In this document: in pieces, positions 1-11,977 of the stretch | Layout of the letters: each line of letters starts with the position of its first letter | How positions within the stretch are numbered: position 1 is the stretch's first letter | From: an uncultured Acidimicrobiales bacterium | Lineage (GTDB): Bacteria > Actinomycetota > Acidimicrobiia > Acidimicrobiales > SHLQ01 | Assembly: GCA_964517125.1 (NCBI GenBank) | Contig: CAZFBD010000009.1 | Span: 8,891-72,890, forward strand | Length of the DNA stretch: 64,000 bases | Direction: 5' to 3' | Position numbers and translations under genes: made by a program | Notes under the pieces: generated by a model | The model's database searches: none | What the model saw: the letters and a program-made list of their open reading frames with translations, nothing else | What the model was told of the DNA's origin: nothing

Positions 1-1002
1 GGCCCGAGTGCCGGCGATGTTGCGCTCGATGTACGGCCGTTCGCGTGCCTCTTTGTCGGGCGAGACCTGGAACTGCTGGATGGCCGCCGGGTAGATGCCA
101 CCGGCGATGACGGCAATGAGCGCCCACAGACCGACTGCGATGGATGGCAGTGCCCAGCCCCGCCGCCAGATGTTGGCGACGAGCAGCCCGACGGAGAACA
201 GCGAGATGAGCAGGAGGAGCTGGATGGCTGGCAGCGAGGCGTTGATGTCGGTGTAGAACGCACCGCGGGCGAACCCCTGATTCGAGGTGAGCAGGTCGAA
301 CCGCTGCAGGTAGTAGTCGGCCGCCTTGAACAGTGCCAGGAACGCAAGGATGATCGACAGGTGCGCCTTGACCTGTGGCGTACTGCGGCGGTCGACGGTC
401 TGGATACGGATGCCGCCGTTGATGTAGTGCCAGATGGCGGTGATGATGCCGATGATGATGAAGGCGGCGAAGAACCAACTGACGACGAAGTTCAGGAACG
501 GCAGCCGGAACACGTAGAACGCGACGTCGCGGTTGAAGACCGGATCGGTCGTACCGAAGTCGACCGAGTTCGTGAACAGGATCCACTCGTTCCATTGCGA
601 CGCAGCACCTCCGCCGGCGACGAGCGCAAAGAACCCAGCGATGGCAAAGCGGACCAGGCCGGTGCGCCGGCCAACGGTTTCGTGCCAGCGAGCAAGCAGT
701 TCTTCCTCGGGCCCGGGCGGACGCAGGGCAGGAGCGATTCGGTCGGCGATGACCAGGTTGATCCATGCGAGAACAAAGAAGACGGCGATGAACACGACCG
801 AAAGCACGATTCGGGCCGTGAGCACGGTGGTCCACTCGCCGGTGCGACCAATGTCGTCGTACCAGAGGTAGTCGGTGTACAGACCAAAGAGTCCCCGCAT
901 CGACGCGAGGAGAAGGATGAGCGCGACCACCACGATGAAGCCGATGACACGGCCTCGACCTGGGCGACGGCTCGCGGATTCGGGTTCAGCGTCAGTTGCC
1001 AT
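1..1002 (-). CDS. UPF0182 family polytopic membrane protein (N-terminal 334 codons; gene continues beyond window start)
   Basis: The minus-strand frame is open from the window edge to ATG at 1000-1002. It is absent from the ORF track because it runs off the edge. My translation is MATDAEPESASRRPGRGRVIGFIVVVALILLLASMRGLFGLYTDYLWYDDIGRTGEW..., with the LYTDxLW[FY] N-terminal signature and repeated TM segments typical of UPF0182 (Rv3193c-like) proteins. Confidence 0.75.
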   Translation of the reverse strand, partial: MATDAEPESASRRPGRGRVIGFIVVVALILLLASMRGLFGLYTDYLWYDDIGRTGEWTTVLTARIVLSVVFIAVFFVLAWINLVIADRIAPALRPPGPEEELLARWHETVGRRTGLVRFAIAGFFALVAGGGAASQWNEWILFTNSVDFGTTDPVFNRDVAFYVFRLPFLNFVVSWFFAAFIIIGIITAIWHYINGGIRIQTVDRRSTPQVKAHLSIILAFLALFKAADYYLQRFDLLTSNQGFARGAFYTDINASLPAIQLLLLISLFSVGLLVANIWRRGWALPSIAVGLWALIAVIAGGIYPAAIQQFQVSPDKEARERPYIERNIAGTRA

Positions 1003-1041
1003 GTCCGTTTGAGGATATCGCTGTGTCGGGCAGACGTGAGT

Positions 1042-3189
1042 TCAGCTGGCGTTGAGTTCGATTGCTGCCGCACAGATGATTTGTGCGTGTTCAGCGATGC
1101 GTTGCGTTTTGACCTCGCGGTAGACGCTGCGAAGGCGGTCGACGAGGACGTCGGTGTCGTTCGCATCCTGGTCGACACACTCGACGATCTTGCGACGGAG
1201 GTTGTCGACCATGCGATCAACCTCGGCCTGCGGGTCGGCCGAGGGGGCCAGTTCGCTGACGGATTCCTGCAGAAAGGCCTGGGTGACGGACCAGTAGCGA
1301 AGACGGTGCACCTCGACGGTTCCCAACAGATCCTCGACCGGCGGGGCCTGATCGGCGGCTCGAAGTGTGGAGAGCACGTCGCTCTGTTCGTCGGCCAACA
1401 CCCGCTTGAGTTTTCGACCGATGCCGTCGCTGAGGATGCTCGCATCAGGCACGGCGTCGGGTGTATCGGATGGTGCAGTGGCGCTCGCCGGTTCGCTTTC
1501 GCCGGAACGGACAGCAGCGTCCTGGGTTTGACGCATGCGGGCGAACAGGCTGTCGACCCGTTCCTCGGGCTCATCGGCGGCAGCGACCGGCTCGATTTCG
1601 GGCTCTGGCTCGGCGGTAACGACCGGTTCGACTTCGGGCTCCGGCTCGGTGGCGACCTCGGCAGTCACGGGCTCGGGGAGGTCCTCAGCTTCGTCGACGG
1701 GTTCTTCCTCGAGAACAGCTTCGGGTTCGGGTTCGACCACTGGCTCCGTGAGATCGGCATCGGCATCGGCGGTCTCGTCGGCGACCACGTCAGCGGCAGC
1801 GACCTCCACCGCCTCGCCATCTTGCTCCACGTCGGCGTCATCGGCGCTCGCTGGGGCTTCCACGACTTCGAGTCGCTCGACGGGTGCCGGCGGCTCGGTG
1901 GCCGCTGGTTGTTCGCGTTGTGGTCGGCGATTGGCCGGGTGCCGGTCGGTATCGACGTCCTCTCGGACGGCTTTCAGGCTGACCACCTTGGCGAGCGGCC
2001 CGTCGTTGTCGGCGCCATCGGCATCGGACGTGTCGGTTTTGGCCTTCGGCTCGATATCGGGCTTCGGCGAAGGAGCATCGGGTTCGGCGGGTTCAGAGGT
2101 GGGCTCGGGCGCCGCTGTGGATGAGTCCACGTCCTCCGTTTCGGCGGCGTGGTCGGCGGACTCGGCCTCGGGGCCGGACGTCTGGTCGCCGGTCTCGGGT
2201 GCAGCGACGTCGGTACGGGCCTCGACCGTTTCCGGAGTTTCGGTCTCGGTCGACTCTGCAGCGACGCCAGCATCATCCACAGATGACACCGATGACACCG
2301 TGCGGGTTCGGGCTCCGGCGGGCGTGACCACTGGAAGCGGACCAGTGTCGAGCAGACCGGCGAGCTTCGCCGTCTCGATCTCGGCCTCGATCTCTTCGAG
2401 AGTCGAGTCGCTCACGTTGTGACCAGCGGTCTCCGCCGCCGCCCGCGCCTCGGACATGGAGATGTTCAGCTCGTCGCTGATCTCCTCGAGCGCACGACGC
2501 ACAACCTCGTGCGAGGCGAGCAGGCGTTCTCGCCCAGCCCTCAGCTGTTCGATCTGGCGACGAGCCGACGACCGCTTGCGGGCCAGATCTTCGAGGATCT
2601 GACGGCGGGTGAGCTCGGCCTCGCGAATGATCCGGGCGCCTTCGGCATCGGCGGCCTGCTGGCTGACACCGGCTTCGGAGGCGATGGCAACCGCGTCCTC
2701 GCGTGCCTTGTCGCGAATGGTTCCGGCCTCATCATCGGCTGCTTCGAGTCGGGTTCGTTCCTCGGTGCGGGCTGCAGAGAGGATCCGCTCCGCTTCGATG
2801 TCGGCCACCCGCGAGCGCTCGGCGTAGAGCTCCTCGGCTGCACCGATGATGTCGACGGCCTCGGCCTCGGCCTCGGCGATGCGATCGGTTGCAGCGGCGC
2901 GGGCTTCGGTGAGTACCCGGCCGGCTTCCTGACCGAGCTGTTCGGTGAGTGCCGCTTCGTCGGGCTCTGCGGTCTGCTGTGCCAGCGATTCCTGGAGCGA
3001 CAGAACCTCTTCGCGCAACCGGTCAACCTCGCTGTGCCAGGCGTCCCGATCGGCCTCGAGCGTCTTCACCCGAGCGGCGGTCAGCTCCAAGAAGGCCTGA
3101 ACCTCGGTGGCATCGACGCCACGAAGCTTCGACGAAAACGTCTTGCCTGCGATCGAGGCTGGGGAGAGATTGTCGGCGGACTCATCCAT
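1042..3189 (-). CDS. DivIVA-domain coiled-coil protein with long acidic Pro/Glu/Ala/Val-rich insert
   Basis: 715-aa ORF. The N-terminus GKTFSSKLRGVDATEVQAFLELTAARVKTLEADRD matches the DivIVA-domain pattern (F..x.RGYD..EVD.FL) and is followed by heptad-like coiled coil. The central ~250 aa is low complexity (PEPEVEPVVTAEPEPEIEP...). The C-terminal part is ordered. Confidence 0.75.
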   Translation of the reverse strand: MDESADNLSPASIAGKTFSSKLRGVDATEVQAFLELTAARVKTLEADRDAWHSEVDRLREEVLSLQESLAQQTAEPDEAALTEQLGQEAGRVLTEARAAATDRIAEAEAEAVDIIGAAEELYAERSRVADIEAERILSAARTEERTRLEAADDEAGTIRDKAREDAVAIASEAGVSQQAADAEGARIIREAELTRRQILEDLARKRSSARRQIEQLRAGRERLLASHEVVRRALEEISDELNISMSEARAAAETAGHNVSDSTLEEIEAEIETAKLAGLLDTGPLPVVTPAGARTRTVSSVSSVDDAGVAAESTETETPETVEARTDVAAPETGDQTSGPEAESADHAAETEDVDSSTAAPEPTSEPAEPDAPSPKPDIEPKAKTDTSDADGADNDGPLAKVVSLKAVREDVDTDRHPANRRPQREQPAATEPPAPVERLEVVEAPASADDADVEQDGEAVEVAAADVVADETADADADLTEPVVEPEPEAVLEEEPVDEAEDLPEPVTAEVATEPEPEVEPVVTAEPEPEIEPVAAADEPEERVDSLFARMRQTQDAAVRSGESEPASATAPSDTPDAVPDASILSDGIGRKLKRVLADEQSDVLSTLRAADQAPPVEDLLGTVEVHRLRYWSVTQAFLQESVSELAPSADPQAEVDRMVDNLRRKIVECVDQDANDTDVLVDRLRSVYREVKTQRIAEHAQIICAAAIELNAS

Positions 3190-3264
3190 TTCGACAATGG
3201 TACGCCGCCACCAAACGTGGTTCTGTGATCACCACGGCCCACTTTTGGCAATGGCGACTTCGGA

Positions 3265-4632
3265 TCAGAGCTGCCCGTCGGTGGGAAGATCGCCGACGTT
3301 TCCGCCGAGATCGCCGATGATCGCCAGCGCGTCGGCCAGGGTGTCGACCGGCTCGATGCGAAGGTCGTCGACCGCTGCTCGGGCTTCGTCCAGGTTCGCT
3401 GACGGCACGATGAACACGGCCGCATCAGCATCGCGGGCGGCGAAGGCCTTCTGATGAACGCCACCGATCGCGCCGACCGAACCGTCACGATTCATGGTGC
3501 CGGTCACGACGATTTCGTTGCCGCCGGTGAGGTCGCCTTCGGTGAGCACGTCGAGGATCGTAAGGGTGAACGCCAGACCGGCCGATGGCCCGCCGACGTC
3601 CTCGGTGAGAATCTCGACGTCGAACGGAAGCTCGGCGTCACGGAACTGGGTGGCAGCATTTGCGAGTCCGGCGCGCTCCAGGGTCCGGGTTCCCAAGACG
3701 ACGTCGGCTGCTCGTTCGGTCCCGTCGGCGCCCACGGCCCGGATCGAGACCGATTCGCCGGAACGTCGTGTGGACAGCTCCACAACCAGGTCCTCGAAGC
3801 TCGTGATCACTGCCCCATCGACCTCGGTGATCCGATCGCCGACCTGCAGCACCTCGGCGACAGGACCGCCTTCGACGACCCCGTCGATGGTGGCGCCCGT
3901 GGTTGCATCGGTGGCATCTGCGCCACGCATCACGCCAAGAAACGCCGCGGTGTCTCCTGTGAGCTCGACGACAAGGTCGATCGGGGCCTCACCGGGCGGG
4001 TTGATCAGCAGGGTCACGTCGTCGCCGATTGGCAACGGATCGACGGCGTCGAAGAACTCCTGGATGGTTGCCACGGGGGTGCCGTTGACGGCCGTGATCA
4101 CATCGTTGCGGGAGACGTCGCCATCGAGTGCGCCGCCTTCGATCACGTCGATGACCACAACACCGGCCGGTTCGGCCACTTCGAATCCCAGCTGCGACAG
4201 CGCTGCAGCGATGGAGTTGTTCTGCGACGACAGCATGAGCTGTGCGTTCTCTTCGCGTTGTTCATCAAAGCTGCGGCCCCGAAGAAGTTCGTCCTCGTGG
4301 AAGATCCGGTCCGAGTCCGTGAAACGGGAGATCAGCCACCCTGTGGGCGACAGCCGACGTTGGGTGACGGTCACGAAGCTCACTTCGCCGTCGGGGTTCT
4401 CGAAGAACTCGACCCCGTCGACATCGACGAACGATTCCGTCTCGAACGTGGAGCCGGGTTGCAGGACGAGGTACGGAATCCGAACGAGCGTGAGCCCGAC
4501 ACCAAGACCGAACAGCACCAGCGCAACCAGGAACCAATAGATGAAACTGCCGCCGGGTTCCACGTCGTCTGCCGTCTCAGGGCTGGAGGGAGTGACTACG
4601 CTGTCAAGCACATGACCAGCATCGCACGACAC
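3265..4632 (-). CDS. PDZ domain-containing Lon-like (S16) serine protease, YlbL/Rv3194c type
   Basis: 455-aa ORF with an N-terminal TM segment (FIYWFLVALVLFGLGVGLTLV) and PDZ-like segments. The C-terminal Lon catalytic-domain motifs are EDVGGPSAGLAFTLTILD and GTMNRDGSVGAIGGVHQK. It lies next to UPF0182, as in mycobacteria. Confidence 0.8.
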   Translation of the reverse strand: MSCDAGHVLDSVVTPSSPETADDVEPGGSFIYWFLVALVLFGLGVGLTLVRIPYLVLQPGSTFETESFVDVDGVEFFENPDGEVSFVTVTQRRLSPTGWLISRFTDSDRIFHEDELLRGRSFDEQREENAQLMLSSQNNSIAAALSQLGFEVAEPAGVVVIDVIEGGALDGDVSRNDVITAVNGTPVATIQEFFDAVDPLPIGDDVTLLINPPGEAPIDLVVELTGDTAAFLGVMRGADATDATTGATIDGVVEGGPVAEVLQVGDRITEVDGAVITSFEDLVVELSTRRSGESVSIRAVGADGTERAADVVLGTRTLERAGLANAATQFRDAELPFDVEILTEDVGGPSAGLAFTLTILDVLTEGDLTGGNEIVVTGTMNRDGSVGAIGGVHQKAFAARDADAAVFIVPSANLDEARAAVDDLRIEPVDTLADALAIIGDLGGNVGDLPTDGQL

Positions 4633-4761
4633 GGCGAAAACCCTCCGTCACCTCGGCAACTCCCCATCGAGCCGCGCCCCGAGCGACCACTGCTGCAAAA
4701 ACTGGGTGTTGGGTTCCAGCCGCCGGCGCAGGCCGAGTACGGCCCCGATGCGTATCCGTCG

Positions 4762-4893
4762 GTGTTGCGCCGGATCACGTCGTTGTTCCTGCTGCTGGCA
4801 TTGGTGGTCTTTCTTGGCGTGGCCGTCGCCGGCATGATCGGGTCGGTCATCCTCGTCGCCGGGTTCCTGCTCGAGCAGGCAATCAGCGGTTGA
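4762..4893 (+). CDS. possible 43-aa single-pass small membrane protein
   Basis: This is the tail of ORF 3454..4893, lying in the otherwise unexplained 270-nt gap. It reads VLRRITSLFLLLALVVFLGVAVAGMIGSVILVAGFLLEQAISG from GTG 4762, a basic N-terminus followed by one long hydrophobic helix. I see no clear RBS and the start is uncertain. Confidence 0.25.
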   Translation: MLRRITSLFLLLALVVFLGVAVAGMIGSVILVAGFLLEQAISG

Positions 4894-4900
4894 CCGGCGC

Positions 4901-5587
4901 TCAGCGCCCGAACAAGCCCTTGCGCACGCTGACCATGGAGTCGGCCTCGGGAGTCTCGATGGCTTCGGTTGCGGCCTCGACGGCTTCCGTCGCTTCCACC
5001 GTTGGTGATTCGTCGAAGACGGCCGCCAGATCTGGCATGGGACTCTCGTCCTGCAGGGAGTCGAACAGCGGGGCGCCCGTGTTCTCGGGCACTGGCTCGG
5101 GCTCGAAGATCGCCTCGAGTTCGGCTTCGGGTTCGAAGACCGATGCCTCGGGTTCAGCCTCGACCGGCTCTGGAACCTCGATCGACTCTGGGGTTTCGAT
5201 GGCCTCGGCCACGGGCGATGAGTCGGCGGCGGGCGCTGGATCGCCGAAGAACCGGTCGGGTGCCGGTGTGGGTTCCGGGAACGCCACGGGTTCGGGAGCG
5301 GCTTCCACTGGCGCCGGTTCCGCAACCGGAGCTGCAGCCAACGGCGGCTCGGGAATCACGGTTCGTTCGACCGGCGTGGGCTCGTCGGGGCGATCGTCGT
5401 CGTTGACTTCCACACGGAAGTACGGACGGAAGTCGAACTGCACCTCTTCGAGTCGGAAGATCCGGGGCGAGGCAACACTCTCCACGTTGCGGAGCCGTTC
5501 TGCAGCGACGATGGCGGCATCGAGACTTCCGCAGCGTTCGAATCCGGACGAGCCATCGGCCGATTCATACACGACAATGTGGGACAT
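4901..5587 (-). CDS. hypothetical protein: ~60-aa folded N-domain plus acidic Pro/Glu/Ala-rich tail
   Basis: Part of ORF 4901..6073. I placed the start at ATG 5585-5587 (MSHIVVYESADGSSGFERCGSLDAAIVAAERLRNV...), which has GGAG 9 nt upstream. The upstream extension is Arg/His-rich and overlaps the HEAT gene on the other strand. No family recognised. Confidence 0.5.
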   Translation of the reverse strand: MSHIVVYESADGSSGFERCGSLDAAIVAAERLRNVESVASPRIFRLEEVQFDFRPYFRVEVNDDDRPDEPTPVERTVIPEPPLAAAPVAEPAPVEAAPEPVAFPEPTPAPDRFFGDPAPAADSSPVAEAIETPESIEVPEPVEAEPEASVFEPEAELEAIFEPEPVPENTGAPLFDSLQDESPMPDLAAVFDESPTVEATEAVEAATEAIETPEADSMVSVRKGLFGR

Positions 5588-5659
5588 GTTCATTTCTCCA
5601 GGTGTTCGCACGATCCGGCGTGTGTTCCCATCGGACCTCCGAAACGGTTGTTGAGTCAT

Positions 5660-6244
5660 ATGGCCCATTCCCCCGAACCCGATACTGCTGAGGTGGTTCT
5701 GGCCGGCGCGTCCGGCGATGTCGAGGTTCTCGATCGGGCCAGCCGGTCGGCAGATCCAGTGTTGCGCATCCTCTCTCTTGGGTCGCGTCACCGATGTGGA
5801 CTGCTGACCGTCGAGGCCCTCCAGGCGGCCTGCACCGATCTCGATCGTGACGTCCGGTGCCGGGCGGTCGAGCTCGCGATCGGAACGGACCTCGAACTCG
5901 TCTCGATGCTCGAGGACCCCGACGATCTCGTGGTCGAAACGGTGGCGTGGGTGCTCGGCGAACGCGAGGACGACCGGGCCACAACGGTCGCCGCGCTCGT
6001 GGCGGTGGGAATGGATCATCCGGTTCCCATTTGCCGGGAAGCGGCGATTGCTTCGCTCGGCGCCATCGGCCACCCCGACGGGCTGCCGGCGATCTTCGCT
6101 GGGCTGACCGACAAGCCTCCCGTTCGGCGCCGATCAGTGCTTGCGCTTGCGCCCTTCGACGGACCTGAAGTGACCGAAGCGTTGGAGCGGGCGCTCACCG
6201 ACCGCGACCGTCAGGTTCGTCAGGCCGCCGAGGACCTTCTCTGA
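5660..6244 (+). CDS. HEAT-repeat (PBS-lyase type) protein
   Basis: From ORF 5579..6244, with the start at ATG 5660 (MAHSPEPD). It has repeated ~30-aa units such as DVRCRAVELAIG, LVVETVAWVLGE, ICREAAIASLGAIGHPDGLPAI and QVRQAAEDLL, typical of HEAT_2/PBS-lyase repeats. Confidence 0.6.
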   Translation: MAHSPEPDTAEVVLAGASGDVEVLDRASRSADPVLRILSLGSRHRCGLLTVEALQAACTDLDRDVRCRAVELAIGTDLELVSMLEDPDDLVVETVAWVLGEREDDRATTVAALVAVGMDHPVPICREAAIASLGAIGHPDGLPAIFAGLTDKPPVRRRSVLALAPFDGPEVTEALERALTDRDRQVRQAAEDLL

Positions 6245-6247
6245 AGC

Positions 6248-8005
6248 TCAGGTTCGGGCGAACTGCTGCATGAAGAGGTCGTGGTAGAAGCCACGATTTG
6301 CCAACAGCTCCTCGTGCGAACCCATCTCCATGATCCGTCCGGCATCGAGCGCAATGATCATGTCGGCGTGGCGAATCGTGGAGAGCCGGTGCGCAATCAC
6401 GAATGACGTGCGGCCCTCCATGAGTCGGTCCATCGCCAGCTGAATCTCGCGTTCGGTTCGGGTGTCCACCGATGACGTTGCTTCGTCCAGGATCAGGACA
6501 TCGGGTTCGGCCACGATGGCCCGTGCGATTGTGAGCAGCTGCCGCTGTCCCTGCGACAGGTTGGCGCCACCCTCGGCGAGGACGGTGTCGTAGCCGTCGG
6601 GAAGCCGCTCGATGAACCGATGTGCGTTGGCGTCCTTGGCGGCCTGCACGCACTCCTGGTCCGAGGCGTGGTCGCGTCCGTACTTCAGGTTGTACATCAC
6701 CGACTCGCTGAACAGGAACGGCGTCTGCAGCACCACGGCCGCCCGCAACCGCAGGTCATCGAGCCGGAGATCGATGATGGGGTTCTCGTCGAGCCGGATC
6801 TCGCCGTCGTCGATCTCGTAGAAGCGGCCGATGAGGTTGATGATGGTGGACTTTCCGGCGCCTGTGGGGCCGACCATGCCAATGGTCTGACCCGGCTTGG
6901 CGTGGAACGAGTTGTCGAACAGGATCTGCCGGCCGGCCTCGTAACTGAAGTCGACATCGTCGAAGACGACATCGCCGGCAGCTTCGGGGAACGGACGGGC
7001 GTCGGCTCCATCGGTGATGGCCGGAGACTCGTCGAGGAGTTCAAAGACGCGGTTGGCGCCGGCCGACGACTGGATCGCCTGGTTCATCGACCGCGAGATG
7101 GCACCGACCGGCTGCGAGAACTGCTGCGAGAACCCCAGGAACGAGACTGCGGTTCCCACGCCGATTCGACCGTTGGAGGCCATGACGCCGCCGATGAGCG
7201 CAACAGCTGCGACGTCGGCGTTGCTGACAAGACGCACCAACGGCATGATCAGCCAGCCCAGGAACGACGCCTTCTGGTCGGCGTCACGAGCGACGATCGA
7301 GCGCTCCCGGAGTTCGTCGATCGATGCGGACTGCTGTCCGTACGCCTGCAGGGTCTTCTGCCCGGTGACGCGCTCCTCGAGGAACCCGTTGATGCCACCG
7401 ACGGCCTGCTGCAGCTCGCCGAAACTTGCAGCCACCATCTTGCCAATGCGACCCATGACCAATAGCGAGAACGGCGCAATCGCCAGAACGACCAGCGTGA
7501 GGACGACGTCGAGGCTGAACATGATCACCGTGATGGCGACCATCTGAATGAACGCCGAGACAAGGCCGAACAGCGAGGACGAAAGGAACGTGTTGATGAC
7601 CTCGGTGTCGGAGGTCACCCGACTCATGAGGTCGCCGGACGAACGTGATTGGTGAAACCCGAGCGACAGCGTCTGCAGCTTCTCGAACAACTCCTGCCGG
7701 AGCCGTGCCATGGCGGTCTGGGCAGCAATGGCAATGAGGTTCGCCGCAGCCCAACGCAACACGAAGGTCAACAGTGCCAGGACCAGGATCAGCACTGCCT
7801 GCGACGTGAGGTCGTCGGTCTGGCCCTCGAACACGTCGTCGACGGCGCGGCCGAACAGCAGCGGCTGAATGGACTGCAGCAGGAGACCAGCGAGGAGCAG
7901 CACCAGCGCGCCCACCACGACGACGCGGCGAAGCAGCAGGTAGCCGAACAACCGTCGGAGCGTGGCAAGGATGTTCGGCGGCACTCGTGGGCCCGGGGCG
8001 GTCAT
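6248..8005 (-). CDS. ABC exporter, fused TMD-NBD half transporter (MdlB/type IV exporter-like)
   Basis: 585 aa. It has six N-terminal TM helices, Walker A GPTGAGKST, the ABC signature LSQGQRQ and Walker B ILILDEATS. It overlaps the upstream partner by 4 nt. Confidence 0.9.
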   Translation of the reverse strand: MTAPGPRVPPNILATLRRLFGYLLLRRVVVVGALVLLLAGLLLQSIQPLLFGRAVDDVFEGQTDDLTSQAVLILVLALLTFVLRWAAANLIAIAAQTAMARLRQELFEKLQTLSLGFHQSRSSGDLMSRVTSDTEVINTFLSSSLFGLVSAFIQMVAITVIMFSLDVVLTLVVLAIAPFSLLVMGRIGKMVAASFGELQQAVGGINGFLEERVTGQKTLQAYGQQSASIDELRERSIVARDADQKASFLGWLIMPLVRLVSNADVAAVALIGGVMASNGRIGVGTAVSFLGFSQQFSQPVGAISRSMNQAIQSSAGANRVFELLDESPAITDGADARPFPEAAGDVVFDDVDFSYEAGRQILFDNSFHAKPGQTIGMVGPTGAGKSTIINLIGRFYEIDDGEIRLDENPIIDLRLDDLRLRAAVVLQTPFLFSESVMYNLKYGRDHASDQECVQAAKDANAHRFIERLPDGYDTVLAEGGANLSQGQRQLLTIARAIVAEPDVLILDEATSSVDTRTEREIQLAMDRLMEGRTSFVIAHRLSTIRHADMIIALDAGRIMEMGSHEELLANRGFYHDLFMQQFART

Positions 8006-9816
8006 TGTCCGACCCCCGGTTCCGGGTCGGTCGGCGAGGCAGAGCGCAACAGGTCTTCGATCTCATCGATCGGTCCGAGCTGGGACTCGACGATGGTCCG
8101 GTACAGCTCGCTCTCGTCGAGCAGCTCCCCGTGGGTGCCATTGCCGACGAGCCGGCCGTGGTCGAGCAGCAGAATCCGATCTGCGCTCAGCGCTGCAGAC
8201 ACCCGCTGCACGACCATGACCACCGTGGTGTCGGCGTGGTCCTGGGCGAGCCTGGCCTGGATACGGGCTTCGGTCGCCACATCGACGGCGCTCGTGGTGT
8301 CGTCGAGGATGAGAATCGAGGGTGCCGCCACGACCGCACGAGCCAACGCAATCCGCTGACGCTGTCCGCCCGAAAGGTTGCTTCCCTTCTCAGCCAGATC
8401 GGTTTCGAGTCCGTCGGGGAGCGCCCGGAGGAACGTGTCGGCATCGGCAACATGCATGGCACTGGAGATCTGCGCATCGTCCGCGTCGGGTCGGCCCATG
8501 CGGATGTTCCGGTCGGCGCTGCCGGTGAAGATGTGGGCCTGCTGCAGCGCCACAGCGATGTGGCTTCGGAGATCGTCGATCCGGACATCGCGTACGTCGA
8601 CACCGTCGACGCGTACCGTTCCCGAGGTCACGTCGTAGAAGCGCGGGATGCAGCTGATCAGCGACGTCTTTCCGGACCCGGTGGCACCCAGGATGGTGAC
8701 GGTCTCGCCGGGGCTGATCTCGAACGACACGTCGTCGAGCACAGCAGGACCCGACGGTTCTCCGTCTGCGTTGAGGTAGTGGAGCGTGACGTTGTCGAAC
8801 TGGATTGCGCCACGGACGGTGTCGAGTGGGGCGGGGTCGGACGGATCCGCGACGTCGGGGCTCGTGCGGAAGATGTCTCGGAATCGGGTCATCGACGTGG
8901 CGAGACGTCCGAGCTCTGGCAGCACGAACGCCAGGAAGGCAATGGGCAGCATTGCGGTGAGGAGGTAGTTGAAGAAGGTGGTGAGCTCGCCAGCTGTCAA
9001 CGACGAAGCGCCCTCTCGGGCCGTGAAGAACAGCGCACCGGATACGGCGATGTAGATGAGCGTGACGAAGCTGGGCTCGAGTATCGCCACTCGCCGCGCT
9101 GGCCGCATGGCGGCCTGGTAGAGATCGGAGTTCCTGGATGAGTAGCGCTCGATCTCCAGCGGTTGGCGGACGAAGTTCTTCACGACCTGCACGCCGGCCA
9201 GGTTCTCCTGAAGAACGGTGTTCAGTGAGTCGAGGCGCTCCTGCTGTGCGGCATACAGGGGGTTGAGTCGGGGAATGATCCAGCCGATGAGTGCCACGTT
9301 CATGCCGAGCACAACAAGTGTGGGCAGCAGCAGCGATGGCGTCTCGGTCGCGACGAGGATGAGCGCACCAGTGAGCATGACCGGGGCCCGGATCACCATG
9401 GTGATGGCCAGCATCATCGCATTTCGAAGAATGGAGATGTCGCTGGTGAGGCGCACGAGTAGCGGCCCGGTACGGAACCGGTCGATGTCGCCGAACGACA
9501 GCGAGGAGATCTTCTCGTACAAGGCCAGGCGGGTCTGATGTGCGGTTTCGGTCGCGACGCGGGACGCAAGGTTGGCAGCCACCGCAGCACTGAGCATGGA
9601 CAGGACCGCGAAACCCAGCATTCGAAGCGACGTGGTGAGGATCACGCCCGTGTCCTGATTCCGGACACCTTCGTCGATGATCCGCTGGATCTGCTGAGGG
9701 ATGAGGAGTTCGAGCAGGACGGACGTCACCGAGGCCACCTGCGACCAGAACAGCAGCCACTTCTGCGTAGGAGACATCCGTTTCACCAAAAAGACAAGTG
9801 ATTCGACCGCTCCCAT
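8002..9816 (-). CDS. ABC exporter, fused TMD-NBD half transporter (heterodimer partner)
   Basis: 604 aa. It has Walker A GATGSGKTS, the signature LSGGQRQR and Walker B ILILDDTTSAVD. It is translationally coupled (8002-8005) to the downstream paralogue. Confidence 0.9.
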   Translation of the reverse strand: MGAVESLVFLVKRMSPTQKWLLFWSQVASVTSVLLELLIPQQIQRIIDEGVRNQDTGVILTTSLRMLGFAVLSMLSAAVAANLASRVATETAHQTRLALYEKISSLSFGDIDRFRTGPLLVRLTSDISILRNAMMLAITMVIRAPVMLTGALILVATETPSLLLPTLVVLGMNVALIGWIIPRLNPLYAAQQERLDSLNTVLQENLAGVQVVKNFVRQPLEIERYSSRNSDLYQAAMRPARRVAILEPSFVTLIYIAVSGALFFTAREGASSLTAGELTTFFNYLLTAMLPIAFLAFVLPELGRLATSMTRFRDIFRTSPDVADPSDPAPLDTVRGAIQFDNVTLHYLNADGEPSGPAVLDDVSFEISPGETVTILGATGSGKTSLISCIPRFYDVTSGTVRVDGVDVRDVRIDDLRSHIAVALQQAHIFTGSADRNIRMGRPDADDAQISSAMHVADADTFLRALPDGLETDLAEKGSNLSGGQRQRIALARAVVAAPSILILDDTTSAVDVATEARIQARLAQDHADTTVVMVVQRVSAALSADRILLLDHGRLVGNGTHGELLDESELYRTIVESQLGPIDEIEDLLRSASPTDPEPGVGQ

Positions 9817-10002
9817 CAGGTCACTCTATGCCCGCCTGTTCTCATCCGTTCTCGCCGGTGCTCGGAGCGATCGACATCGACCCGACCACGCTCACTGGGC
9901 GAATTACCACAGACCGTGCCTCAAATTGCATCTGTAGACTCGATTCGGTGACAATGAGGCCTGGTGCGGTGGTGGGCTGCGCCAATCGGTGAGAACGGCG
10001 AC

Positions 10003-11898
<1,896 letters not shown>

Positions 11899-11977
11899 GG
11901 CTCGCTGTCTGTCGTGATCGTTTCCATGTCAGACTGGGGAATCGGGGCCAACCAGGCTCCGGCGAGGGAGAACACCG

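Noticed and set aside
361-2422. Plus-strand ORFs 361..2124 (587 aa) and 1535..2422 (295 aa), and minus-strand ORF 492..1574 (360 aa).
   Set aside because: They overlap the UPF0182 and DivIVA-like genes in alternative frames or in antisense. Their Ser/Thr/Ala/Arg low-complexity translations mirror the acidic repeat region.
4612-4893. A longer version (93 aa from ATG 4612) of the small membrane ORF in the gap after the PDZ protease gene.
   Set aside because: The N-terminal 50 residues are Pro/Arg/Gln-rich, overlap the protease start on the opposite strand and look like the antisense frame. Only the hydrophobic tail (4762..4893) is retained, at low confidence.
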